Assembly (NCBI RefSeq): GCF_009914755.1
Contig: NC_060935.1
DNA length: 64,000 bases
Direction: 5' to 3' (one strand)
From: the human T2T-CHM13v2.0 reference genome, Homo sapiens
The notes under the pieces are model-generated. The model did no database searches. It was given only the letters and a program-made list of their open reading frames with translations, and was not told the origin of the DNA. Shown in pieces: positions 26,701 through 42,879 of this stretch. Position 1 is the stretch's first letter. Every line of letters begins with the position of its first letter. A program made the position numbers and the translations under genes.

Positions 26701-27369
26701 TGAAGTACCTATCTTATTTAAACTCTGTAAAAGGGAAGCTCTTCTTTTCCCTAGGCTCACAATTCAGATGTAGTCCAAAGAGCTCTGCTATAACCAAGTT
26801 GTCCCAAATCCTGCCTTGGGGCCTCAGTCTAGCAAAGAGAGAGGCATACTGACTTTTCCAAAAGAGGCCCAGCATGAGTAAGTGGACTAGGTTGTAAACA
26901 TGGATAAAATACAATAAAACAAAACAAAACAAAATAAAATAAAATAAATGACAGTGGCAGATCAGTGAGGGATTCAAGTCATGCACTGGCCAAAGGCTGA
27001 TGGCTTCATCCAGTATGGAAACACTGTACTAAGAAAAAGTGTAGTTACGGAAGGTTTCTAATTTGGGACACATATGCATGCATGTGCAGATCTGTATGGT
27101 TTCACCTGTGTGAGCATGTAAGCACTGTTGTTCAGTGCATGTATCTTATCAAAACTTGGTATTTCACGAGAATGTATATTTGTATGAATCTACATATTTA
27201 AAATACTCGAGCCATTGTGTACCTTTGTATGTATTCATGATCATATGCACTTATTTAAAGTTATGCAAAAGCGGTTATGTTTGCAGTTGTTTTCTTTGGT
27301 GTCTTCTTCACAGGGAAAGAAGAGGCTCTAAAATAGATCTTTATTAATTTTTAAAAAGTTTTATTAAAA

Positions 27370-27695
27370 GTTATTGCTTTTAAAAAATTTGTATAATTTT
27401 AAAGGGTACAAGTGCAGTGTTGTTACATAGATATATTGCATAGTGGTGAAGTCTGGCCTTTTACTGTAACCATCACCTGAGTAATGTGTATTGTACCCAT
27501 TACGTAATTTCTCATGCCTTACTGCCCTCCCATTCTCCTACATTTCTGAGTCACCAGTGTTTATTATTTCGAACACTATGTCCAGGTGTAAACATTATTT
27601 AGCTTTCACTTATAAGGGAGAACATGCAGTATTTGACTTTCTGTTTCTGAGATGTTTCACTTAATGGCCAACAAGCATATGAAAAAATGATCAAC
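27370..27695 (-). mobile_element. Old L1 (L1PB/L1MA) 3' end with a short inverted 5' piece
   Basis: GGGTACAAGTGCAG...TTACATAGATATATTGCATAGTGGTGAAGTC antisense, then sense TGGCCAACAAGCATATGAAAAAATG. Confidence 0.75.
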
Positions 27696-28599
27696 TTAAT
27701 TGATAATTTTTAGTGTAGGTAACTTGCTTCTAGCTCTACTAGTTAAATTTACTTCTTCTTCATGGTGAATTTCACATTTTTATGTTTTCCTTCTGGTGAC
27801 TTTCCTTTCTGGAATCTAGAGTCAAGACAAGGTAACTAGAAAGAGAAGAAATTGCTGTTTAAAACCCTCTCCTTCTCATGACTCCACATAAAGTCATAGC
27901 AGAAAATACCTCTACCTACATGAATATATAAAGAGTTACTAAGTTCACTCCCTATGTATCTAGATATATGTGATAATGTACAGAAATGAATTCACACAAA
28001 CTGGCCAACTAGGATATATGTACCAACACAAACAAGCATGACACAGCAGATTTATATGCCAAGGAATATCAGAATACACCAAGAAAGAAAAACAGCAGTA
28101 TTTGTTTCTTCATGCAGACTTTATTTGATATGGCTAGATACAGAGATGAGAGAAACGTCTTACAAATAAGCACAAAATAACACATAATTTTCTTTTACAT
28201 TTTTACTCTTTTACCTTCATATCTAAAGGAAGAAATCAAGGCTTTTCCCCAGTTACTCAGGTGATAATCCTCAATCTCAATTACATCTTTTGAGGATTAT
28301 CCATGCATAATTTTGTGCTGTTTCAATTTGATAACTTCCCTTAAACTCCCAGGGTGTCTCCTCCTTTTCTTAATTTTGTGGGCATATGTTTAGTAAAGAC
28401 TATCATGAAAAATCATTGCCTGGGGTGTGGATATAGATATGTACAAATATGTTGTAAATGAATAAAATCTGTAATTATGATAAAGTAACATAAAAATAAA
28501 TAAATAAAAATATGTTTAAACAGTTAATCATCAATGAAATTACACTGGCCAGAGAATTGAAAGATGAAACTTTTGTACTGTTTTAGATTTTGTCCAATC

Positions 28600-28790
28600 A
28601 TAATGGTTAATATTTATTGAGAATTGTATATTTGCCAGACACTGTGTTAGAAAACTACCTAAATTATTAAATATTTACAACATCCCTATGAGGAAGGAAG
28701 GTATTATAATTATTTCCTTGCTCATTCTGCAGTTGAGGAAACTGGAGAACAGAGAGGTAAGTAACTTTCTCCTGGTCACACTGCCTTATG
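28600..28790 (+). mobile_element. MIR just downstream of OR51G1
   Basis: ATATTTATTGAG...TGCCAGACACTGTG...GAGGAAACTGGAGAACAGAGAGGTAAGTAACTT. Confidence 0.75.
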
Positions 28791-28909
28791 TTGCACAGCC
28801 AATTGCCTTTTTGTTGACAGTCAACGGTTTATTATTTTGCCACAGCACAGCTGAAAACAAACAGAAACCTGTGGGCTTTATGTCCAAAACTTCCTCTCTT
28901 TACTCTAAC

Positions 28910-29875
28910 TTAATCCTTCCAAAAACACCTAAGTGACTTTATAAACTGAAACTTCTTAATGATGCGCTGGCGAATTTGCTTGGTCTTGATGCTGTAGATG
29001 ATGGGGTTCATAAGGGGTGGTACCAGCAGATACACATAGGACATGAAGAGGTGTACAACGCGGGGCAGATGTTCACCAAAGCGATGCACAAGAGACAAGC
29101 CAATCATGGGGATGTAGAAGAGCAGTACAGCACAGATATGAGAGACACAGGTGTTGAGGGCTCGGAGTCGCTCCTGGTGGGAGGCAATGCTGAGCACGGT
29201 GCGAAGGATGAGGGCGTATGAGAGAAAGATGAGCAGGGAGTCCACACCCACGGTGCAGGCCACAACAAAGAGCCCATAGATGTGATTGACAATGATGCTA
29301 GAGCAGGCCAGCTTCATGATCTCCAGGTGAAGACAATAAGCATGAGCCAGCACATGGGAGTGGCAGTATTGGAAGCGCTTCAGGAGGAATGGCAAGGGGA
29401 GGATGAGGAGAGCACTTCTAAGCACTGAGCTTAGCCCCATCTTGACAATACATGCAGGTGTCAGGACGGTGGAGTCATGCAGTGGGTTGCAGACGGCCAC
29501 GGAGCGGTCAATGGACATGGATAACAGAACTGATGACTCCATTGAAGACAAGGTGTGGATGAAGAAGAGCTGAGTGAAACAGGCAGGGATGCCAATCTCT
29601 CTGGTATCAAACCAGAAAATGCCCAGCACAGTGGGCAGTGTGGAAAGGCAAAGGCCTAAGTCTGTGACAGCTAGCATGCCCAAGAAATAGTACATGGGTC
29701 CATGGAGAGTGGCATCAGTACAAATGACGTGGAGAATGGTGAGGTTCCCCAAGATAACTGTCAGGTAGATGAAGCAGAAGGGAATAGAGATCCAGCCATG
29801 GAGACCTTCTAGACCTTGGAAGCCCGTCAGGAAGAAAGTGGCTCTTTGGAGGCTGCTATTAAGAAGAATTGTCAT
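28910..29875 (-). CDS. OR51G1: Olfactory receptor 51G1 (321 aa), allele with DRS at the DRY motif
   Basis: Intact ORF with LHGPMY, MSIDRSVAVCNPLHD, RALNTCVSH, PPLMNPIIY; termini MTILLNSSLQ...CFWKD recognised. Confidence 0.95.
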   Translation of the reverse strand: MTILLNSSLQRATFFLTGFQGLEGLHGWISIPFCFIYLTVILGNLTILHVICTDATLHGPMYYFLGMLAVTDLGLCLSTLPTVLGIFWFDTREIGIPACFTQLFFIHTLSSMESSVLLSMSIDRSVAVCNPLHDSTVLTPACIVKMGLSSVLRSALLILPLPFLLKRFQYCHSHVLAHAYCLHLEIMKLACSSIIVNHIYGLFVVACTVGVDSLLIFLSYALILRTVLSIASHQERLRALNTCVSHICAVLLFYIPMIGLSLVHRFGEHLPRVVHLFMSYVYLLVPPLMNPIIYSIKTKQIRQRIIKKFQFIKSLRCFWKD

Positions 29876-30569
29876 AGCTTTACAATCTTGGACTCAGAAA
29901 CCTGGAATATAGAATGAGATTCCTGGAAAGTGACAAGGCTGAATTCTCACTCACCTAAATGTCCCAAGATCAGCCAGTAAGGAAGCATCTGCAGATGGCA
30001 TAGGGGAGAACTGGGTGGGGGCTGATCTATTAGCCTTTTCTACTGGGTCTAGGAAGGAGACTTTTGATGGATGAGGAGGCAAATAATAGTAGGCTAATCT
30101 GAAGCCTGGAACAAAGGAACATCTTGGAAGAATCTTGGACTTCAGAAAACAATTCTAGAAAAGGGGAATTTGGGACTTCGTTCTGAGAGATATGATACGA
30201 GATGTATGTCTTTAATAGCAGGGCAGTTAAGCCAGGACTGGATCTAGAGATGGGAAGGAAGAAGAGATTTACACTAGGTTTGAAACACAAGGAGCAAAGG
30301 AGAAAAATCTGAAATCACCAGGAAAAGCCTGAAATCTTTGGTTTAGAATGAGGAAACGAAACCAGAAGGCATTCAGAGTGAGTTTTGCCTGTGGGGCTGG
30401 GATTGATATGACATCTAGGTATCCAGGTCTGTTCCTGTAATATCTGAACTGAGTTCTCCTTTGTTCTGCCTTCATAAATTTTATTCAATTGCATTGAAAA
30501 ATGCTCTATTGTGTTATATATATATAAGTGTAGTGTGACTAGTACATTGTCACATGCATTAAAATCCTA

Positions 30570-30810
30570 AAAGATAACATTTATTAAATGCATTGTGAGC
30601 CTGTTAATTTGTAAATGCCTAATGTGCATTACATCATTCAACTCTGACACCAGTTCTATCTTGTAAGTTCTATTCTTAGGAGCATAGTACAGGTGAGAAA
30701 ATTGTAGCGCAGAGAGGTAAAGTGACCTGGGTAGGTTTACAGAGCAAGTAAGTGTTGGGGATGAAATTTAAACCCTGACATTGTACTGCAAAGTCTATGT
30801 TATTGGACAT
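30570..30810 (+). mobile_element. MIR
   Basis: ACAGGTGAGAAAATTGTAGCGCAGAGAGGTAAAGTGACCTG...GAAATTTAAACCC. Confidence 0.65.
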
Positions 30811-33800
30811 TAAACCGTATTTTCCCACTACTATTGCACAGTACTTTAGCCATTAGAAGAGAACATTAAAAAAATTAAATTTAAAATCCCATGCGTTTCC
30901 TATCTTGGAAAAGTCTATGAATAGACATTTCCATTATATGAATACCATTCAATAAGTCAAGATGGATGGCAACAGAAGACACATGTTTTAGAGACCGAGT
31001 CCAGTTTGGATATGCTGAATTTAAAGAGAAATTTCTGGGGAGAGGGTCTAGAGGATATTATATGTAGCGATTGTGGTGTGACTGAGGGCTTGAGTTACAG
31101 GTATGCACCGTGGGTATGGAGAAAGTCCCTAGGAGATGAATGGTGAAAAGGAAAGATGGGGGGTCAGTTCATAAAACTGATAACTTTTAAATGAGGGCAG
31201 GTCATAATGTTAAAACTAGAAAGGGGACAGAGAATGGAGAATCAGAGAAATAGGATGAAAGTAATAGTACATAATGTCAATAAAACCAAGCCACCACTGT
31301 TAACTACAAAAAAAAAAAAAAATGAAGTAGGACAAGTTTGTTTGTTTGTTTGTTTGTTTTTTAGACATTTTACTTACAATGGCTAAGTCACTGTTAATTT
31401 TTCAGAGACTGTTTTAATAGACTGGCAAAGCATTGTAAGGGCTTACCTTATTAGTGGGTGAGGAGGATTAAGTAAAAAGTTTATATTCTGTGCCATTTCC
31501 CTCTGAGAGAAAATCTACAGATGGGTGAGAATATTAGGATTTTTTAGAAAAGAAAGATAGGAAGTTGAGAACATTCTTTCAAAAAGCTTCTGTTTCTTTC
31601 CTGGCAAAGTAGAAGCACATTGAAGGGCCTCTACTGAAGAAAGAATACAATCCCTGTAGCTTTTGCCACTCACATTTCAAATCCAAATGAATAACAATAA
31701 AATAATAATTTAATATAAGAATAAAACCATTCTTGTTTTACGATTTCAAATGAGAAGCAAAAAAAAGGGATATAAAGAACGATGGCAAGGAAAGAGGAAG
31801 AAATAAAGGAAAGAAGTAGAGACTTGGAGGGGAACTGGGCTGTGAAGGAAAAAGTAGATATCAAAGGATTTGCAGAGTTTGCTGTGAGCAGTTTAGGCAG
31901 TGATGCAAGCCCTTATGGGAGAGAGAGCATTCATTAAGTGAGAAAATGGCAACATATTTTAATAAGAAATAGCAATAAAGAAGAGAAAATTTTCCATCAA
32001 TAAAAGAGAAATTCAAGTAAAAGTTTAAATATATGTATGACTTTTCAGCCAGCAGGCATAGTGAAGCTGGTTTGATTCTATCTTACTCTGAGCCATTTCA
32101 GAGTTTGAGAAATACCAGAAACCTTTGGAGGTCATCTATGTTCACATTTATGTCTCCAGACAGAGAAAAGTCATTCTGCCTACCTAGTGAGAGGTTGCAA
32201 TCATAGTATTCCATCCCATTTATTTTCTCACTTTCAAAATATAGTCCTTGCATATTATATTTTGGATATGGGTAAGAGGCAAGTGTATAAGGTATGAGGA
32301 AAAAAAATAAATAAAAGCACATCATGACTCACACCCAAGAAATGGAATTGCTGCATCATCAGAGCTCACAAGCCTAGCACAGATTTGGAACTTAGTAAAG
32401 TCTGCTCAATACATGTTGAATAAATGTATGAGTGAATGGATAAAAAGAGATGAAATGCAATAGGGATTACACAGAATAGTTTTTAGTGCAGCTATTGTCC
32501 ATTTTCTTCTCAATGGCACTTACCTCCAGATTAGTGGATCAGAGAAGTATCATCTGATTTCCTCCACTAGACTGCATGAGACACCACTGTCCTTTCAGCT
32601 CTAATTTATTGAAATAAATGAATGTCATCCTAGGGTTTATGACAGACAGAAAAGAGGTGGGCCGGGCAATGATCCTGATGAGACTCTGACTCCCTCTGGC
32701 TCCTGTTCCTCATATGGTTGCATACAATGTTGTTAACTATTATCAGCATCTGTCTTTATGACAGTCTCCAAAGTATCTTCGAAGTACAATCATGACCTTA
32801 TTTTAGTATAGAGCTTAATTGTTACAAAGTGCTGTCAAATCCACTCTGATTGTCATGATACAATTTAAGGTGAGGAAGGTAGAAAAACTAGTGCTTTGAA
32901 TGAAGAGAAAAGAGATGACAGGCAGCAAGGAATAAACAAAATGATAAACATGACTTTTACAAGATCACACAGAATGACAAAGCTAGGACTAGAACCACAG
33001 GTCAATCTCAAGTCCATTTGCCCCTCAAAACTGCCTTGACTGACATGATGAGGGGATTTAGCAAACAGCTAAGACTGAGAGCTCAGTGTGTGGCTCAGGT
33101 TCCCTGTGACTAGGGATCTATGTGTTCTGACTGTTTTCTATGTGCTTCTGCTTGCAATGCATGCCTGAGCCGTGACAGTTGGAGAGAAAAGGGCTTGGAG
33201 GACATACTTCCATCCAGAGCTCAGGTTTGATGGTAGCTCAGCTACAAGACTATTCCGTTTAGACTCAAGGTCTTTTTGAAGAGCCCAAAAGCTTCTCCTC
33301 AGGGGCCTTTCCCAAGTCTGAGAATTCCCTGACGAGTTCTCATGGCTTTTTCTGAGGACAGAGGTCACAAGAGGCTGGGAAACCCCAATACTTGAGTAAT
33401 GAGATTAAAAAATCAGGTGTTAAGAGGGGAATCTATCATCTATCATGCCTGATCTGTGGGCAAGGGATACTAAATGATACTTTCAAGATGTTAGGATGTT
33501 TCTAGTTGTGCATTTCAAGTTGGAAAATTGGTTGAGAAAGACCTAGCCAGGCCTGAAGACCAGTATTGTGGCGTGTGGGGAGAGGGTCGAGGGGGGAGAG
33601 AGAGAGAGAATTCAGATTCCAACACTTTCTAGCCATGTGACTATATGACCTAGGACAATTACTTAATCTTTCTGAGATTATTTTCTTATGCTTTAAAAAA
33701 GGAATTTTTCCTCCTTTTTTTTACACAGATCCTAGTACACTATCAGACATCCTTCCTGTTTCAGAGTTTACTGCTAATATAATTTGGTTTGAGTTTAGAG

Positions 33801-34704
33801 AGAAGGAGAGCTCTCTTCAGCCTTCCATCTAAAAACCACAGGTTTCTTCATTACCATTGGCCATTCTTTGTGTTTTCTCCACAATACACATGTAGTTTGA
33901 GTCATAATTCAGAAATTTATACTCTAAATGTCAATTTCATATCTTCAAATGGTTCACCAACCCATTTTAACTACCAACGTCTGTATCAGGTATTCTTCCA
34001 AAATCAATGTAAACAATTGGAATAAACATCTGAACAGAATAGCTGAAATGTAATGGGTTTTCAGTAACACAATTATTTAAATAATTAGTAGATTGAGCAT
34101 AATCTTCAGTTTCCAGGATTGGAATTAATTTATACTTGTCTTGGTTTCCCAACCAGTTTTAGATCTGTCTCAGATTTTTTAATTTTTATTTTTTTTCACG
34201 TAAGTCTTAGATAATAGCAGTAAAATGAGCTAGGATGGGTTGCTAGATCTCCTCTTTGTACTTCAAGGTTCTGCTGCAGCTTCATCTAGCCATGTGGGAT
34301 ACATGTGCAGTGCACACACTTCTCGCTTTAACACATTAGTAAATCTGAAAAATGACCAGTGAGATCCCATCTCTCTTTTCTTGACCATTTGCAGTGGAAT
34401 ATTAAAGCTAAAAAGAGAGCAGGCAGGGCCCTCACTGATACAATGAAATGTAATGGAACACAAGGATGCAGATGTAGCTAACTTTTTCCAGGTCCAATTG
34501 TTGGTGGGCAATGTATTTGACAATGCTGGCCCTTCTAGATACTTTCTTTAAAAAAATTAAACACTTTGGTTACTTCTGCCGAAGCTCGTTAAGTGAATGA
34601 AACTACTAGCTACAAGTAGTCTGGAGTCAAAAAGAAATTATTTGATTAAGTAAACCCAAAAATATGTGCAGCAGAGAAAAACCAATGTGTTTTGTGTTTA
34701 TTTT

Positions 34705-34752
34705 TTTAATTATTATTATTATACTTTAAGTTTTAGGGTACATGTGCACAAC
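34705..34752 (-). mobile_element. Extremely 5'-truncated L1PA 3' terminus
   Basis: TTATTATTATACTTTAAGTTTTAGGGTACATGTGCACAAC is the antisense L1PA 3' end. Confidence 0.85.
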
Positions 34753-35779
34753 ACATCATTTATGGGAATGGTATGACTTATTCCACTGTTTGAGAACGTT
34801 ATTTTATAATAAACCCATTAGCTGCAAAGAGCTTGGCAAAAGAAAGTTTGTGCTTCAAACTTACTCTATTTCTGTTTCTCAGAAAAAAAAGATAATGAAT
34901 TCAAACCTTGTACAAAATGTTTGTCAGCAGGTACTATCACTGTGGTGGCCAAATTGATATAATCAATCACATGACAATCAGAAGAAAAAAATTAGCATCA
35001 ATGTCAAAAGTTTGGAATTTTCTTCAGAACACTGTATATAAAAGTGCTTATGCACAGCTGCTGAAGGTAGATTCACATGTTATGCTATAAATTCATAATT
35101 TTTCAATTAGGTTGAATAACTGTTCATTCAAATTAATTTTACTCCCTTTTTATTGCAGTTTTTCTAGTCATTGTGAAATAGAAGGGATAGCTGTTGTGAG
35201 GTTGGCTCCAGTAGCAAAAGCTAGATTATGTTAATTCTGACTCATTATTTAGATGCTTTAGATAGAAAATCAGTTAATTATATAAGTTTAATTATGTTAT
35301 TCTAATTCATTATGCAAAGTATAGTTTTTGAGCATTTTCTCTGTCAAGTTTTATTCTGTAAAACACTTAACCTTATTGTGAATGCTATTTTTAATTCAGT
35401 TAAGAAGTTCAGCATTAAAGATACAGATTTTCATGTAGCAATAGTATGAATGCATATTTTGTTTTTAGAGGACAGCAATATGATAAAAACAATCAATGTT
35501 CTTGTAAAATTGAGAAACGTTTTGTTCAAAAATGTACTTGGAATAATCTTGGTGTGAACATAATTTATGACTATATACAGATAATTCTTTCAATTTCTTT
35601 GATTTATATATACATTTATAGTAACCAAATTAGGACATTTTGTGGCAAAGATTATATTAATTTTAAAAGTAAAAACATCACTATTAAAGTACAGTTTTTT
35701 GTTGTTGTTGATCATCTTCAATCAGATTCTAAAGATAATTGAGTCTCTGGAGTACTACTTGGTAAATCAGTCTAATTTG

Positions 35780-36110
35780 GTGTAATAGACGTAAAGATGT
35801 GCTTCTCAGATCCCACTTGAAGAAACCATTTGTTGCCTAGCTATAAAGAGTGTGGGTAGCTGACGAATGCTTCAAGGTATACCTTGGATATCTGGCTGAA
35901 GTCACACTCTTCTTGGGATGACCTAATAGTAAAAGAACAAAGTAATAGTGTCAGTGCTTACCCCTTTCTTGCCAATGGGGGAAACTCCTTTTTCGAGCCA
36001 TCTTTGCTCATGAGCTCCCATTTGGGCTGGCAGAAAATTTACCATCTCCGAATCATGGTCTAATGGCTCCATCTACCCAATCCTCATTCTGCCCCTTCTA
36101 CTGCACACAT
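35780..36110. mobile_element. ERVL LTR (LTR16-like)
   Basis: TCAGATCCCACTTGAAGAA...GCCTAGCT...GTGTGGGTAGCTGAC...GAGCTCCCATTTGGGCTGGCAGA. Confidence 0.55.
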
Positions 36111-37769
36111 ATAAAGACTTTGCCTTACTATGTCTTTGCTCAAAACAAAATAGACGTCTTTAATCAAAGTATTGAAAAGTTGGATTACCCCAAAATTTAG
36201 ATTTAATATTTTTAGCAAATTGAAATTATTTGGTAACTCAAGGCTTGTTTACTATACTTGTACAGGGATCTAGATTGCTTAACTTTTAGAGGAGATTTTT
36301 ATACTCAAAAATAGTTTTTGATTAAAACTCTTTTACTGGTTAACAAATATACTAAAACCATTTCTCAATTAGTAAATATTATATAAATAATATTTACATA
36401 CATACTTTTATTTCTTTTTGCAGCGTTGTTCTCAAATGTGTCTAATTGTTAATTTTAAATCATTTTAATTATTAAAGAGTAGTTGAAGTATTTTAAGAGT
36501 CTAAGTATAGATACAACTAAAGATAATTTATAAAGCTAAAGCTGAAATTAATACTATTGTATTAATTTCTACTCATAGTAGAAAGATAGATAAATGTATA
36601 TTTGCAAGAGAGGAAGAGAGAGAGAGACAGAGAATATTGCAAGCTTGAATTTTTTGAGGAAGATAAATGTTCGATATCAGGAATTCCATCAACTAATATG
36701 ATATTCTATGACTGGATGAGTATGAAGAGCAAAGTGAGACAGGGTTCTGGAAGGGTTATCAATGGGGAGCTATATAAAATCCCTTTGCAGATTACCTGGG
36801 TGATCCATTGGCATTTAGTTTCTGAATTGGTAAACATCCCACTTAGTATTGTCCTGCCTCATATGCAGGTAGTGCCTCTTTTTTAGAAACACTGTAACCT
36901 GTGAATAATAGTTGACTGGAGGGCTAGAGATTTGCTCATGGCTGGAGAGTAAGCAGAAGAAGAGGAACAAAGAGCCAAAAACAAAAGACAAAACACGCAA
37001 ACATATAATATGCATTCAAGTTAAATGACCTATGTGTTTTATATATAGAGAGATTTATATTATGAATTCATTAATTAAAGTATATTAAAACAATAAATAA
37101 ATTAATAAGAATTGGACAAGTTGAGGTAGCAAGGGCATGTAACACTTAACATGCTATTCTTTTAAAATAAGAATATAGGTTGAAGGAGAGTAGCTATTAG
37201 CAAGGAAATTGAAAAAATAGCAAAAATACTGAAGGTGCAGCAAGGTCTCAAAAAACAGGAAGATATGAAATTTAGTTTTGGGTCACTTGCATTAAGTTTT
37301 GATAGAGAGAAATGGCATTTTTCTTAGAAAGGAGAATGCAATAGGTTGGTAGCATACATATAGGAGGCTTTATGTCTGGTGGCAAATAATAGGAATAATT
37401 CTCATTTTACTGCCTTTTAAGGAGGAAGCATGAGGATAGGGAGTATAGTAGGGAGACTAAAGAAGCTAGCACACGTTCTGTTCTTTTCTACTCCTTATCA
37501 TCTTGCTTCCTTGATCCCTCAGAAAAATGAACGTAGCAGCTCAACAAGAATGCAAAGTAACGATATTTTAAGTCATATTTGATGATCAGCTGAAATAGCA
37601 CTTACTACGAACAACTCCCGATAGAGTTGTTCCATTTTGAACAACTTCTGGATGGTCTCCATCAGTGCTCAGCAACAGGCAGGCACAGACACACAGGTGG
37701 AGGTCTACACTGATTCATAATTCGCAGTTTGTGAAACTGACGATTAAACTAAATAATCATTCTGGTCTG

Positions 37770-38270
37770 TGTTGTATAAACGGCAGCTCCAAATTATGTA
37801 TCAATTGCCCCATCAAGAGATGGAACGTATTTCTCTTCCTTTGAATCTGAGCTTGTTCCATTCATGTATAACTAATGGATGCAGTGGAAACGACTCTTTA
37901 TTTGTTGCAGCTATAGTCCTTAACAAGACTAGAAGGTTCTATCCTGTTTCCTGGTATATGCTCTCTTGTTCTTGAAAACAGTTTTTCTTGGAAACCAGCT
38001 AACATGCTGATAGAAGCCTAAGCTACATGGAGAGGCATATGTAGGCGCTTAGCTAAACTCAGCAAGCGTCAGCTACCAGCTTTGGGAATGAACGATATTC
38101 AAAGTGTATCCCCTGTCCCAGTGAAGATGCCCAGTTGGTACTATGTGGAGAATAGACAAGACATCCCTGCTGAGCTCTGCACAAATTACACAGCTATGAT
38201 CAGATATATAATTGTTGTTGTTTTGGATCACTTAGTTTTGGAGTGGTTTGCTCTCCAGCTATTTCTGAAC
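37770..38270. mobile_element. MLT1-type LTR
   Basis: CCCCATCAAGAGATGGA...TTCTTGGAAACCAGC...CTGCTGAGCTCTGCACAAATTAC...TAGTTTTGGAGTGGTTTG. Confidence 0.7.
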
Positions 38271-39020
38271 ATGGTTCCTGGTCAAGAAACCTAATTCTCT
38301 TTGTAGTCGAATGAAGTCCCCAAAGTCACTTTCTCAATTTCTCTGACCTTTTGGCATTACTTACTACTCTTCTCTGTCAAAATACACATCATTTTCACTA
38401 GTTCCTCTCAAGATCTTTGTTAAGTATATTTATTCATGGCATTATAAAAATAAAAGTTCATTGCCTTGTTTACAATCTAAGACAAACATTGGCATTGAAG
38501 CATGTGTTGGACACAGATAAAACAAACAATGACATGAATGAGTTATGAGAAAACCTTATTTCTCTACGATGTTAAATTGTATGTATGGTTTTCTAGAAGT
38601 GTTAGAGAAAGCCGAAAATGCCTCTGTGGAATATCGTAGGAAAATATTTAAAAGTATTGGGAGAATAATAAAATTTGGAGTAATTATTATAAACTGAGGA
38701 TTAAAGGTGACAATGTGTGTGTATTTGTGTGTGTGGTTTTTGTGACTCTATATATGTTATCTCAATGTTTGCTAAGTGTTCACTCATTTATTTATTCAAA
38801 ATTATCTGTGTTCATACTATGGGCTACTCGATGTGCTCGCAACCGGTATGAAGTAGTAAAAAGGCGGACAATCACTAGTCTCCTGGGATTCATATTCTAA
38901 CATCAAATAATTGTTTAAGGTCCTATAAACACAGGTTATATATGCAAAAACAACACCTATGACTCTGGGATTACAAGGCAATTTACATGGTATGTAAAAT
39001 GATTAAGAAAGAAAGATTGA

Positions 39021-41988
<2,968 letters not shown>

Positions 41989-42879
41989 GAAAGATTGATA
42001 TTTAAGAGAAGTTTAAAAGTCTATTTAGGCTGGAAATGGTCAGGGAAGGCTTCATAGTGAAAATGCAGTCTTACTTAGATAAAAGATTGAGGAAAATAGT
42101 TAGATCTTCACTGATTATTTTTAAATTATAGAAAAGATAATCTCTAGAGAGTGGGTATAATTAGCTGATTCTAAGAGCTGGGCGTAAAATATAAATGCAG
42201 AAAAGGTTTAAAAAGCAATAGCCAGAGCTAAGAATGTACCCATGAGAAGATAAATGTATTTTTTTGTAATATGGGCCACTAAAATAAACAATGGAGATAT
42301 GGTCATTTGGGGTTCTTTAAAAATATACCCTTTGTAATAATGTAATTGACTAGTATGACTCCAGAATAATATAGCTTTTGCAGTTTGAATTTACATCCAT
42401 CCAAATATGCAGTTAATATACATATTTTAAAATTTTTAAGTCTGTGCAAGGTGACCTCGAATTAGATCAAACATTGCGTCATCAACAAAACTTGAAGAAA
42501 TAATTTAACTCTTCTCTTACTAGGCATTTTTTTGCTACGGATATAAAGAAAAGCAGGAGAATACTTTTTTAAAGGTATTTTCTCTTATTATTGTATTGGC
42601 ATATATTTTAAAAAGCAGGAAGCAGATGCTTCCAGTCTTCCTTGAAGGCTTAGATTATTGGATGTACAATCTTAGAATCAGAGAGCTGAAGTACTTTTCA
42701 CAAACTCACAGGGGCATAAGGGCACTTAGGGTACTGAATATCAAAAGTCATTCATTCTGTGAACTCCATCTGACTATAAAATACAAGACCACTCTAGTAA
42801 AGTATACTTTCTCCCAGTGAAACATTCAACGTCTATTTAGTTGCCACTTATACATTCATTCCCTTTCTCATTCCTTTGA

